Shown here: positions 19,422-29,141 of the stretch, one piece after another | Position numbering within the stretch: position 1 is the stretch's first letter | Layout of the letters: each line of letters begins with the position of its first letter | Source of the DNA: a bacterium | Lineage (GTDB): Bacteria; Hinthialibacterota; Hinthialibacteria; Hinthialibacterales; Hinthialibacteraceae | Length of the DNA: 64,000 bases | Assembly (NCBI GenBank): GCA_963662285.2 | Contig: CAXXMV010000001.1 | Span: 928,001 to 992,000 of the forward strand | Reading direction: 5' to 3' | Notes under the pieces: generated by a model | Database searches by the model: none | What the model was told of the DNA's origin: nothing | What the model saw: only the letters and a program-made list of their open reading frames with translations | Program-made: the position numbers and the translations under genes

Positions 19422-20378
19422 TTATGATTTATCACCAATCTCCATACCAAGCAAGACGCCGCCTACAACCACTACATCTTCGCCAAGAGCGGCTGGAACT
19501 ATTGAGAATGATCCATCAAAAGGGCTAAAAGAATTTTGCATGACTCTCTTTAGCAGCGCATCCCAAAACAAAGATCCCATCAAAGAAACGCCGCCTCCGA
19601 TAATAAAACGTTCTGGATTCAACAAGGCGATAGTATTACAGATGCTCACAGCCAGGGCGTTACAAGTATCATCTAGTATAGCACAGGCAAGAAGGTCATC
19701 CTGTTCAGCTGCGGCGTAAACCATTTTGGCGTCGATTGATGAAAGGTCGCCTTTCGACAGGTTCTTAATAAGCGTGGATTCGCCTTCTTCAACAGCATGG
19801 CGGGCGCGTTCACCGATAGCCCAACCCGAACAAATATTCTCTAATTTCTCGGGATCGCCATCGTCAGGATCAGGCACCCAGGTATGGCCGATTTCCGCGG
19901 CGCCAAATCCCTGCCCTTCGTCAATTACGCCATCAACGATCCAGCCGCCGCCGATGCCGCTGCCAATCGTCATATAGAAAACGCGGCTGAATCCTTTACC
20001 AGCGCCCATCCGGGCTTCGGCATAGCCTGCCAGACTGGCGTCGTTTTGAATAGCCACAGGCGCCTGACATTGTTGGCTCAGCCAATCTCTCAAGGGAAAG
20101 CCATCCCATCCATCAATTTGGTGAGATATAAGGGTAATCCCTTTTTTGGAATCAATCGGTCCGCCAAAACCTACGCCGACGCCGCAGATATCATTGCGCG
20201 AGATTTGCGCCTTTTCAATTACATCATCAATCAGAGCGGGAATGGCTTCACGGATGCCTTCTGCGCCGCGTTCCACATCAACTTGCGTACGCGAAATAGC
20301 AATCAACCGATCATTTTTGAAACCGATTCCCGCTTGTAATTTAGTTCCGCCAATCTCAATTCCGATTGCGATGCTCAT
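19422..20378 (-). CDS. ROK family sugar kinase (glucokinase-like)
   Basis: GIEIGGTK, QNDAS, TIGSGIGGG, AAEIGH. Confidence 0.92.
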   Translation of the reverse strand: MSIAIGIEIGGTKLQAGIGFKNDRLIAISRTQVDVERGAEGIREAIPALIDDVIEKAQISRNDICGVGVGFGGPIDSKKGITLISHQIDGWDGFPLRDWLSQQCQAPVAIQNDASLAGYAEARMGAGKGFSRVFYMTIGSGIGGGWIVDGVIDEGQGFGAAEIGHTWVPDPDDGDPEKLENICSGWAIGERARHAVEEGESTLIKNLSKGDLSSIDAKMVYAAAEQDDLLACAILDDTCNALAVSICNTIALLNPERFIIGGGVSLMGSLFWDALLKRVMQNSFSPFDGSFSIVPAALGEDVVVVGGVLLGMEIGDKS

Positions 20379-20950
20379 GATGTGTGCATAGCCTTGAATT
20401 TCTCTGTCAACGCATCCAAAGCGTAATGCATAACAACGCCATGCACCGCCTCGACGACGCCCATGTTAAAAGAATCAACATGTACTGATTGATGAGCCAT
20501 TTTACGTAATTTCCCGCCATCATATCCAGTGAAACCAAACGTTTTCATGCCGTTTTCATTGGCGTACTCAATGGCTTTGATAATATTAGGGCTATTGCCG
20601 GAACCGCTGATAGCGATCAGCAAAGCGCCAGGTTCGGCGAAGTTCTTCAATTGCTCGACGAAGATGCGGTCATACGACGTATCATTTCCCCAGGCGAGAA
20701 TATAAGGCGTATTATCGGTTAAGCTCATAACTTTGAGCCGTTTCTGCGTATCGAAATCGGTCAGAGTACCCTTACCCAAATCTTCACAGAGATGAGAAGC
20801 GTTAGCGCCGCTGCCGCCGTTGCCAATCAAGAATACAAAACGGTTATTAACATAGGCTTCAGTGATAGCGTCGATTAAACCATCGACCTCTTTTTGATCA
20901 ACTTTGCTCAGCAAATCCGTAAAATCTTTTAAGTATTGTGCAATAGACAT
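20375..20950 (-). CDS. gmhA: SIS-domain phosphoheptose isomerase (GmhA-like)
   Basis: GNGGSGANASH, AWGND, ISGSGNSPN, EAVH; ATG 20950 with RBS. Confidence 0.8.
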   Translation of the reverse strand: MSIAQYLKDFTDLLSKVDQKEVDGLIDAITEAYVNNRFVFLIGNGGSGANASHLCEDLGKGTLTDFDTQKRLKVMSLTDNTPYILAWGNDTSYDRIFVEQLKNFAEPGALLIAISGSGNSPNIIKAIEYANENGMKTFGFTGYDGGKLRKMAHQSVHVDSFNMGVVEAVHGVVMHYALDALTEKFKAMHTS

Positions 20951-21085
20951 TAAAAAAAACCTCCTAGTAGACATTAACTACGAATCATACATTCTGATGT
21001 TATTTATGAAAAGCGAGATGAAGTTAAAAAAAATAATTTCAGCATTTACATGAAAGAATATGCAACCAATATTATTCTACATGCT

Positions 21086-21111
21086 GCAAGGATAATCCTT
21101 GTGGTTACCCG
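21086..21111 (+). repeat. Degenerate GTAG-type REP
   Basis: GCAAGGATAATCCTTGTGGTTACCCG resembles GTAGGGGCAATCCTTCATGGTTGCCCG of the 11.5-kb array. Confidence 0.45.
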
Positions 21112-21174
21112 ATTACGAAATCCCCTTTGGTTTTTCAAATTTCCAAGCCGCCTGAAATATTCTTAGGAAAAGTA

Positions 21175-22254
21175 TTAGAGAATAATGAGTTCTTTAGTTG
21201 AGTTATTCATTATTTCACATGCGCCGTCTCTAATAACTACCATATCCTCTATGCGAATCCCGCCTACTCCTGCAACATACACGCCCGGTTCAATAGTTAC
21301 TACATGGCCGCTCTCCAGTTGGTGGTCGGCCAGAGGGGATAGCCGGGGTGATTCGTGAATTTCAAGGCCTACGCCATGCCCCAGGCCATGCATAAATTGA
21401 TCGATCCGCCCCGCTTTTCTGATAACATCTCGCGCATATTTATCGGCCTGCACGCCGCTGATGCCCGCGCAAATACTATCTTCAGCTGCGCGATTAGCGT
21501 CAAATACGCACTGATACATGCTTTTCAGTTCCTCAGACGGTTGGCCGAAGAAGATAGTGCGCGTTATATCTGAATTATACCCGTCCGGCATCAAACAGCC
21601 AAAATCCATCAGAATAACATCGCCTGTTTTCAGCGTATGATTAGAAGCCTTGCCGTGGCACATCGAAGAACGGGGGCCAAATAAGACCAGTGGGTCAAAG
21701 GACTCTTTCACCGCCCCGGCGCGCCACATCTCATCAAGCAGAAAACGGGCCAGTTCACGCTCGCTCATACCCTCATGGATTTCATCCAAAGCCTTTTGGA
21801 AAGCATCTTCGGCCAGTTTGAGAGCCTGCTTCAGTGCAAGAATCTCCGGCTCTTCTTTTACTACGCGCAAGAGTTCGACAACGCTGCGCTTAGGAATGAA
21901 CGATTTGGCAGGTATAGCATCCTGCAAGGCGGAAAACCTCGCTACCGTGTAGTTATCAGCTTCAAACCAGATAATCTTATCAGACGCATCGCCAATTATA
22001 TCAGATATAGCCTGCATCTCCTTACGGTTACCCTGTATAACTGCTTGATATTCTGATACTTCGCGCGAAACCTGTTCGGTATATCTTCCATCCGTCAGAA
22101 TATACTGCCGGTCAGGGCTAATTAACAAAGAAGCAGAACTTCCAGTAAAACCGGATAGATAACGTACGTTAGACAGGTCGGTTACAAAAAACCAATCCGC
22201 GTCGCCCTGATCAATTGTTTTTAAGACTGAAGCGGTTCTAGATTTATAGTCCAT
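21175..22254 (-). CDS. Xaa-Pro peptidase, M24B family (PepQ/YpdF-like)
   Basis: YLSGFTGS, TDGRY, YNSDITRT, HGLGHGVGLEIHE, TIEPG, GIRIED. Confidence 0.93.
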   Translation of the reverse strand: MDYKSRTASVLKTIDQGDADWFFVTDLSNVRYLSGFTGSSASLLISPDRQYILTDGRYTEQVSREVSEYQAVIQGNRKEMQAISDIIGDASDKIIWFEADNYTVARFSALQDAIPAKSFIPKRSVVELLRVVKEEPEILALKQALKLAEDAFQKALDEIHEGMSERELARFLLDEMWRAGAVKESFDPLVLFGPRSSMCHGKASNHTLKTGDVILMDFGCLMPDGYNSDITRTIFFGQPSEELKSMYQCVFDANRAAEDSICAGISGVQADKYARDVIRKAGRIDQFMHGLGHGVGLEIHESPRLSPLADHQLESGHVVTIEPGVYVAGVGGIRIEDMVVIRDGACEIMNNSTKELIIL

Positions 22255-22526
22255 ATATTTTCACCCTTAGAGCGATTCTCAAAACAACATGCGTCTATGC
22301 GGTTGTTAACTGCTATAACCCATTTTCACTCATTATGGATGCATATCTTTGAAGGGCAAGAGTTAAATTAAATGCTTTTGTTTTTAATAATATAAAAAAA
22401 GTCATAATTATTTCACTCGCCTTGACCAGAACCAAGCTACAGAGAAAATACTTATAATCTCTTCACCTCATAAAATCATAGGTATATAGATTGAATTTTT
22501 GATTTTTTACGCCGGATGCAGAGATG

Positions 22527-22640
22527 TAGAGTGCTTGACATAATAACATTCATTTTCGCGTTTTGAAAAAGCCAGTAAAGATTGGCTTTTTCAAAGACTA
22601 AAGGCAATAATAAACGAATATGGTTTTGGCAACCGCTCTA
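22527..22640 (+). mobile_element. Miniature inverted-repeat element (MITE-like), copy 2
   Basis: TAGAGTGCTTGACATAAT...TTTTGGCAACCGCTCTA, colinear with copies 1 and 3; perfect 13-bp hairpin TTTGAAAAAGCCA/TGGCTTTTTCAAA. Confidence 0.72.
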
Positions 22641-22686
22641 ATCACAAAATATATTCCACTCTGTACAAAGATGGGAGGAAATACTC

Positions 22687-24042
22687 ATGGATTTTCCAGC
22701 GCTTAAGAAAACTGGTGCACTCGATTTCTTTTCCGAATACGGAAAGAAAATATTCAATCCAACAGGGATATTCTATTGGACGGGACGTTCAAAAACCGAG
22801 GCGAAAATCAACGCCACGATCGGTTCCGCTATGGGTCGCTCAAAAGATATCTTTGAAGATGGCGACGACCAAAAAATCACTTTATGCATTCCGTCAATCA
22901 AAGAGTATTTTTCAGATTTGAGCACCGAAGAGATTTTCCCCTACGCTCCAGAAGTAGGCATCCCGGCTTTCCGTGAAGCATGGAAGGAATGGCTGCTCAC
23001 CAAAGCAGCAGGCGATGCAGACCGGATTAAACCGCGCTTGATTAATCCAATGATCATTCCCGGCATCACTGGCGGCATCAGCATCTGTACGCGTATGTTC
23101 GTGGATCCAGGAACACCTATAATCGTGCCGGATAAACGTTGGGAAAACTACGATAACATCTTCCTGCGTAACGTGTTCTGCGAAATTGAAGAATACCCCA
23201 CCTTCGATGGACAGGATTACAACCTGGACGGCATGATCGCTTCGATTAAAAAAGTATGGGGCAAACAAGACCGTGCGGTAGTTATGCTTAATTTCCCGAA
23301 TAACCCGACTGGTTATTGCCCGCCAAAAGCGATTGCGGCGAAAATGGTTAAAGAGATTCAAGAACTCGTCAGCAATAATGCAGACAAGATACTTGTTTTG
23401 ATCTTAGATGATGCTTACGAAGGTTATGTATACGATGACGAAGCGGAAAACCGCTCGCTCTTTTACAGCTTCGATCCAGCGCCCAATTTCCTGCCAGTGA
23501 AGATGGATGGCATCAGCAAGGAAATGCTATGGTACGGCGCACGGGTTGGCGCAATAACTCTTATGTGCCCGGACGAATGGTTCGAGCAAGGCGGTAAAGA
23601 CGAAGTTTGTAAAGAGATTGAAAACAAATTTCGCGGCATAGTTCGCAACACCGTTTCCAACTGCTCGCGCGTCGCTCAGGTTGCCGCATTAAAAGCGCTG
23701 CAAAATATCGACAAAATAATCGAAGAACGAAACAAAGTATTCGACATTCTGGCGGAAAGATATCGAGTTACCAAAGAAGAACTGGGCAAATTGACAACTG
23801 ATCTCCTCCAGGTCGATCCGTTCCAGGGCGGCTTCTTCTGTTTTGTTAATATTAATCCTAAATCAGGATTAAAAGCTTTTGACGTGTGCGACCATCTATT
23901 GAAGAAATACGCTGTTGGCGCCGTTCCCATCGAAGAGGGCGATATCAACGGCATCCGTCTGGCATTCTGCGGCGTTGAATCGAAGGACATTCCAGAAATG
24001 TGCCAAAGCCTGGAAAAAGCTGTTATTGATTTGGCTAAATAA
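22687..24042 (+). CDS. PLP-dependent aminotransferase class I/II
   Basis: NATIGSA, NFPNNPTGY, DDAYEG, KMDGISKE..WYGARVG. Confidence 0.9.
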   Translation: MDFPALKKTGALDFFSEYGKKIFNPTGIFYWTGRSKTEAKINATIGSAMGRSKDIFEDGDDQKITLCIPSIKEYFSDLSTEEIFPYAPEVGIPAFREAWKEWLLTKAAGDADRIKPRLINPMIIPGITGGISICTRMFVDPGTPIIVPDKRWENYDNIFLRNVFCEIEEYPTFDGQDYNLDGMIASIKKVWGKQDRAVVMLNFPNNPTGYCPPKAIAAKMVKEIQELVSNNADKILVLILDDAYEGYVYDDEAENRSLFYSFDPAPNFLPVKMDGISKEMLWYGARVGAITLMCPDEWFEQGGKDEVCKEIENKFRGIVRNTVSNCSRVAQVAALKALQNIDKIIEERNKVFDILAERYRVTKEELGKLTTDLLQVDPFQGGFFCFVNINPKSGLKAFDVCDHLLKKYAVGAVPIEEGDINGIRLAFCGVESKDIPEMCQSLEKAVIDLAK

Positions 24043-24068
24043 AAAACCATTATCAAAAAGATTCCATC

Positions 24069-24101
24069 AAAAGGGGCGTATATATTTTTACGCCCCTTTT
24101 T
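24069..24101 (+). terminator. Intrinsic terminator
   Basis: AAAAGGGGCGTA-N7-TACGCCCCTTTTT. Confidence 0.8.
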
Positions 24102-24201
24102 CAATTTTAAAAACGGGTGGATGATAAACAAATATAGAGGTTAAGAAAAATTCTTGCTCTATTTCATATTACAATAAAAACCAAAATATATTACTAAACC
24201 T

Positions 24202-25626
24202 ATGCAATCAAAAATTTCCCGTACAATTCCAATTTTTATCCTGTGGCTCATAAGTTTCGCATTGCAGGCTAATGCTCACCCTCACGTTTTTATTGATCTA
24301 TATTCTAATATTTTATATAACCAGCAAGGCATTGATGCGATTGAGATCGAATGGATATTCGACCGGTTCTCAACCCAGATCATCCTCGAAGATTGCGACG
24401 ATGACGGCAATGGAAGAATTGACCCCGATGATATGCCGGCTATTCAAAAAAATTATGGCGATTCGCTCTCCAAAGAAGATTTCTTCACCATTATCCATGC
24501 GGGAGAAGAACGGATTACCAACGTCACATCAACCCTTCAGAACGCTTCGATTATAAAAGGATATGCGGTTTTCAATATATTATTGGATGTCGATATTCCA
24601 TTCACAGAGAGCGAGCAATTTCTAACATTGAATTTTGAAGACCCAAGTATATTCATCGCTTTCTCGGTTAATAAAAAAAAGCCATCCATCACTACTAAAA
24701 TAGTTGAGGGCGACCTTCCCCCGGTCAGCATCAAATCAAGTTCAGAGATGGCATATCAGTTAATCCTGCGCTTGGGATCACTAAATGACTTAGGAAAAGA
24801 GTTCGACGCCTCTGATTTATTTACAGCATCCGCCTATTCACATAAATCAAAAAATTATTTCTCAACCATAAGAACCAGATTCACCGCATTGCAAGCAAAA
24901 TACAATCAAAAAATTGGTAACATGGTTATCGAATCAAAAGAAAAATTATCCTTAAAATTATTATTGGTTATATTCCTGTTTGCTTTGGGATACGGCATTA
25001 TTCACGCCGCTGGACCAGGACACGGTAAGACCGTCGTGATGGGATTTTTTCTGCAAAATCGCGCCAAACCATTTCATGCCATACTAATGGCCTTGAATAT
25101 TTCAATCGTCCATACCGGAACAGCGATTCTATTATCGCTCTTGTTCATGACTATTCTTTCATCTTACTCAGGGATGTCGAGAATGGTTATTCAAGCGCAA
25201 ATCAGTTTTGCAGTGGCTATCTTCATCTTAATATTCGGCATTTGGCTATTGGTAAGAAAAATCCGCTCAGACAACCAGGTGCTCTCAATCGAATCAGTTT
25301 CATCCAACAAAAACATGGTACGCGCCGTGATGGCCGCAGGCATGATTCCCTGCCCGCTATCCATTACCATCATGCTGCTGGCAGTTACTCAAAATGTTTT
25401 CTTGCAAGGATTGCTGGCAGTGGCAGGAATCGCGCTGGGCATGATGATTCTACTCTCCTTAGCAGGGATTACAGCCATAAAAGCTAAAGACGCAATTCGC
25501 GTCTTATCAGAATCCCGTAAAGGCGCCGCTACGAAATTGCATAACGCCCTGGAATACGCCGGGGCGATTATGATAATCTGTTTCGGCGCAGGGCTGTGCT
25601 TCTTATACACGCCCCGGATTTGGTAA
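24202..25626 (+). CDS. DUF1007-like periplasmic domain fused to an RcnA/NicO-type nickel/cobalt transporter
   Basis: ANA|HPHVFID and WIFDRFS (DUF1007); YGIIHAAGPGHGKTV and GMIPCP (RcnA family). Confidence 0.85.
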   Translation: MQSKISRTIPIFILWLISFALQANAHPHVFIDLYSNILYNQQGIDAIEIEWIFDRFSTQIILEDCDDDGNGRIDPDDMPAIQKNYGDSLSKEDFFTIIHAGEERITNVTSTLQNASIIKGYAVFNILLDVDIPFTESEQFLTLNFEDPSIFIAFSVNKKKPSITTKIVEGDLPPVSIKSSSEMAYQLILRLGSLNDLGKEFDASDLFTASAYSHKSKNYFSTIRTRFTALQAKYNQKIGNMVIESKEKLSLKLLLVIFLFALGYGIIHAAGPGHGKTVVMGFFLQNRAKPFHAILMALNISIVHTGTAILLSLLFMTILSSYSGMSRMVIQAQISFAVAIFILIFGIWLLVRKIRSDNQVLSIESVSSNKNMVRAVMAAGMIPCPLSITIMLLAVTQNVFLQGLLAVAGIALGMMILLSLAGITAIKAKDAIRVLSESRKGAATKLHNALEYAGAIMIICFGAGLCFLYTPRIW

Positions 25627-25650
25627 TCACATTCTATTACTGTAATACAG

Positions 25651-26118
25651 TTATTCTTTTAACGCTTCAAGAACTGCTTCGGTATGACCGTCAACTTTCA
25701 CTTTGTGGAAAATCTTTTTGATTTTGCCGTCTTTGCCGATAATAAAAGTGCTGCGCTCAATGCCCATTACTTTTTTGCCATACATATTCTTCTCTTTCAT
25801 GACGCCATACTTTTTGCATACGACCTCTTCCTCATCACTTAAGAGAGGAAACGGCAGTTCGAATTTATCGCTGAATTTAATATGAGATTTTATACTGTCA
25901 CGGCTGACGCCCAGAACCACCGCGCCTTTGCTTTTAATCTTGGTGATATTCTCTTTGAATGAACATGCTTCAGCAGTGCAGCCCGGCGTGTTATCCCGTG
26001 GATAAAAAAAGAGCACTACTTGCTTTTCGCCTTTATAATCCTTCAGCGAAACCTTCTCTCCATTTTGTGCGGGAAGCGTAATCGCCGGTGCGGCTTTTCC
26101 TTCTTCAACAGTCGCCAT
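25651..26118 (-). CDS. bcp: Thioredoxin-dependent peroxiredoxin Bcp
   Basis: FFYPRDNTPGCTAEACSF, GIERSTF; ATG 26118 with AGGAG RBS. Confidence 0.92.
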   Translation of the reverse strand: MATVEEGKAAPAITLPAQNGEKVSLKDYKGEKQVVLFFYPRDNTPGCTAEACSFKENITKIKSKGAVVLGVSRDSIKSHIKFSDKFELPFPLLSDEEEVVCKKYGVMKEKNMYGKKVMGIERSTFIIGKDGKIKKIFHKVKVDGHTEAVLEALKE

Positions 26119-26202
26119 TTTATATCTCCTATATTTACAGTAATCCACCATATTAGTAATATTGTAATCTTAGAGATTAGAAAAATCCAACAAATTCAGA
26201 AA

Positions 26203-26985
26203 TTACTTATAATCGATTGGGTGGGTGATTGTAGGATTGTCGCCGCATACCGCACAATCTTTGTCCCGTGGAATCGACACGCGGCGAAACTGCATTTCCA
26301 GCGCATCATAAATAACCATTTTTCCGACTAAAGGACTGCCAATTCCAAGAATGATTTTGATCGCTTCAGCAGCCTGCAATGTCCCCAGCGTACCAGCGAC
26401 GCAACCTAATATTCCCGCCTCCTTACCACTGGGTATTAATCCCGGCGGGGGAGGCTCAGAGAAGATGCATCTATAACAGGGGCCTTCACCGGGAACAATG
26501 GTCATAGCCTGTCCGGCAAATTGAGAGACGCCTGCATGCACCATTGTTTTACCTGCTATAACGCAGGCGTCATTAACGAGAAAGCGGGCGGGGAAATTAT
26601 CGGTGCAATCCAAGACCACATCATAAGGTTCAATGAGTTGCAGGATATTTTCAGCATTCACTCTTAGCGAATGCTGAATAATCTGACAATCGGGATTAAG
26701 TTGCTTGAGTTTACGCGATGCAGACTCTGTTTTATCAATGCCCAAATCAGGCGTGGCGTGTAGAATCTGCCGCTGGAGATTGGAATAATCAACCATATCG
26801 TTATCTACCACGCCCAGCGTTCCTACACCGGCAGCCGCCAGATAGAGCAACACGGGAGAACCAAGCCCTCCTGCGCCAATAACCAATGCGCTGCTGGCTA
26901 ACAGTTTCAACTGTCCGGCCTCTCCAAATGAAGGAAGGACAATATTGCGGCTATAGCGTTCGGTTTGCTCTTTGGATAATTGCAT
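26203..26985 (-). CDS. moeB: MoeB/ThiF family adenylyltransferase
   Basis: RYSRNI, IGAGGLGSP, SNLQRQ, CYRC and CAVC zinc motifs. Confidence 0.85.
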   Translation of the reverse strand: MQLSKEQTERYSRNIVLPSFGEAGQLKLLASSALVIGAGGLGSPVLLYLAAAGVGTLGVVDNDMVDYSNLQRQILHATPDLGIDKTESASRKLKQLNPDCQIIQHSLRVNAENILQLIEPYDVVLDCTDNFPARFLVNDACVIAGKTMVHAGVSQFAGQAMTIVPGEGPCYRCIFSEPPPPGLIPSGKEAGILGCVAGTLGTLQAAEAIKIILGIGSPLVGKMVIYDALEMQFRRVSIPRDKDCAVCGDNPTITHPIDYK

Positions 26986-27028
26986 GATTATCTAAATCTT
27001 CAGAAGACAGGTGATCAATAAAAATCGC

Positions 27029-28336
27029 CTATTTCGGGTCGCCCGCTATTACCCACTCCAGATTAAACTCAGCGTGTTTAATAGATTTTTTATTCTCCGG
27101 CAAGTGGTAGCTATAAGTGGCGTGAATCATGCCATCCCTGGTTTGAATAAGCGATGGATAAGAAAAACTGCCTTCACCGGGTTTGCCCAGTTCAAGATGT
27201 CGCTGCAATGGCCAAGTCCTTCCTTCATCACTGGAAAGAAACAAATTCAGGCTATGACGCCCATCCGTGGTATCGTTGCACATCAAAAGCCAATTCCCGT
27301 TTGCTAACCGAATCACCTCTACGCTTGATCCGGGATTGGGGATTTCCATTTCAGAAACGCGTCCCCATGTCATACCTTCATCAACGGATTTACTGATACG
27401 GATGCGATTATGCGGGCCGTTCTCTCTCATCATGGCCGCAATGGTTCCATCATTCATGCGGATAAGGCTTGGTTGGATGCCTCCAAAACCAGCTAGAGGA
27501 TGACTGGTCTGCCATGTTTTTCCTCGATCATCTGAAATGGCAATAATGGATATGCTAAAAGCGTCGGTATAGAGCGGCAGCAAAATCCGGCCTGAAGGAA
27601 GCGTAAGCGGGTGGATGCGCGTCATCCATCCCAGGCGCTGAGTCAATTTATTATTGACATTTCTTTTCATATAATACCCGGTAAATTCGTCTGCGGTTAA
27701 TTCGGCGAAAGGTTTCAAATCAGAAGGCATTATATCGGGGAATTTCTTAATAAACCGATCCCATTCATCACGTAAATCATCAGCAAAATTCTGGGGAGTA
27801 ATATGAATATTATCCTGCCAATCCCATTCAGGAGCGCCATCTTTTTGCATGAAATTATTGGAAGTGCGGTATTTAAGCAGAGATGATTCCCAATGATTAG
27901 ATAACACAGTGATCCAGAAAAGCCACAATTTATCCTGTTGATCAACATAAAAAACCGGATTGCAATCAGGATATCCTGGCGTATCTGCCAAGACAAAACG
28001 ATCACTCCATCGTTTCATCCCCTTTTGTTTTCTTGCTCCTTCAATACGAACATCATCCGCTTTGCGTTCGCCTGACCCATGAAACCAACACAACAATAGA
28101 CTACCGTCGGGACATTCAACCAGACTTGATGCATGATTATGCCATGATTCGAGAGGGAAAACTAACTCGGATTCATAATAAGGTTCATCGCAATATACTA
28201 TGGGAGAAAAAAATGCGAGAACTAGAAAAAATACTGTTGAATAAATAAGAAAGTCGTTAACGTTTCCCTTTGAACGTTCGAAACACCATACCGCGACTTG
28301 ATTTAGATTGCGATTTGGCGCCAGTTTTTGGACCAC
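27029..28336 (-). CDS. Secreted sialidase-fold (BNR/Asp-box) protein; start uncertain
   Basis: Asp boxes SDDRGKTW, SVDEGMTW, SSDEGRTW; FSYPSLIQ; the nearest in-frame canonical start before the signal-like stretch is GTG 28336. Confidence 0.8.
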   Translation of the reverse strand: MVQKLAPNRNLNQVAVWCFERSKGNVNDFLIYSTVFFLVLAFFSPIVYCDEPYYESELVFPLESWHNHASSLVECPDGSLLLCWFHGSGERKADDVRIEGARKQKGMKRWSDRFVLADTPGYPDCNPVFYVDQQDKLWLFWITVLSNHWESSLLKYRTSNNFMQKDGAPEWDWQDNIHITPQNFADDLRDEWDRFIKKFPDIMPSDLKPFAELTADEFTGYYMKRNVNNKLTQRLGWMTRIHPLTLPSGRILLPLYTDAFSISIIAISDDRGKTWQTSHPLAGFGGIQPSLIRMNDGTIAAMMRENGPHNRIRISKSVDEGMTWGRVSEMEIPNPGSSVEVIRLANGNWLLMCNDTTDGRHSLNLFLSSDEGRTWPLQRHLELGKPGEGSFSYPSLIQTRDGMIHATYSYHLPENKKSIKHAEFNLEWVIAGDPK

Positions 28337-29138
28337 TATAAGAGGTAGACGGACTAGAAGGTTTTGCATCTTCACCCATTTTTTCATTGAGTTGTTTCAC
28401 CGCTTTCTTCATTTCTTTTCGTTGATTATCCAATCGCCCTATATCCTGATGAGTTTTCTGCATCGACTCAATGCCATCTTTAAGAATTTTCTTTAATTCA
28501 GTCGGCGATGCTTTGAGACTTCCAACCCTAACTTTTGAAGGAACATCTAAATTCAATGATTTGAGCATTGTCCGTACTTCCTGGATCGCATCACTATCTT
28601 GCAGCAAAAGAGCGACTTCAGTTAATCTGTGAGCGATATTAATCATATTTGCTACCAACGCACTACGATGCGCTTCCAGAATATCATCATAACACCATGC
28701 CATTTGAACTCGATTCTGCATCGATTCAACAACGTAGTTACGTATATTAGATAATGGACTTGGTTCATAAGACAAGGATGTTTTATTATCCAAATCGCCA
28801 AGGCAGTCGATTAAATTATCAAGCGTTGTTTCTTTCCCCGCCGCAATTAAAACTCCACAAATCTGTTTAACAACAGGATTAGTATTTTGTTCATGTATAA
28901 TCTTTTTATCTGTAGTATTAAGAGTAAATCGAAGATTGGACGCTTCTTCGAGATTATCTTTCACTTGACGTTGAAGCGATTGAGTTTTATTAGAATCGAG
29001 TTCCTTATTCTTCTCTGCTTTTTGCAATAAATCAATACAGGTATCTGCTTGATGCTGAATGGCATGGTAAATTTGCTGCGCTTCTCCCGATATAAGGAGA
29101 TTCGCAATTGCTGTAGGTGAAGAAATGTCATTTTCCAC
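28257..29138 (-). CDS. Hypothetical helical/coiled-coil protein
   Basis: 293-aa ORF starting 3 bp after the response-regulator gene stop; low-complexity basic C-tail. Confidence 0.7.
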   Translation of the reverse strand: MENDISSPTAIANLLISGEAQQIYHAIQHQADTCIDLLQKAEKNKELDSNKTQSLQRQVKDNLEEASNLRFTLNTTDKKIIHEQNTNPVVKQICGVLIAAGKETTLDNLIDCLGDLDNKTSLSYEPSPLSNIRNYVVESMQNRVQMAWCYDDILEAHRSALVANMINIAHRLTEVALLLQDSDAIQEVRTMLKSLNLDVPSKVRVGSLKASPTELKKILKDGIESMQKTHQDIGRLDNQRKEMKKAVKQLNEKMGEDAKPSSPSTSYSGPKTGAKSQSKSSRGMVFRTFKGKR

Positions 29139-29141
29139 AAT

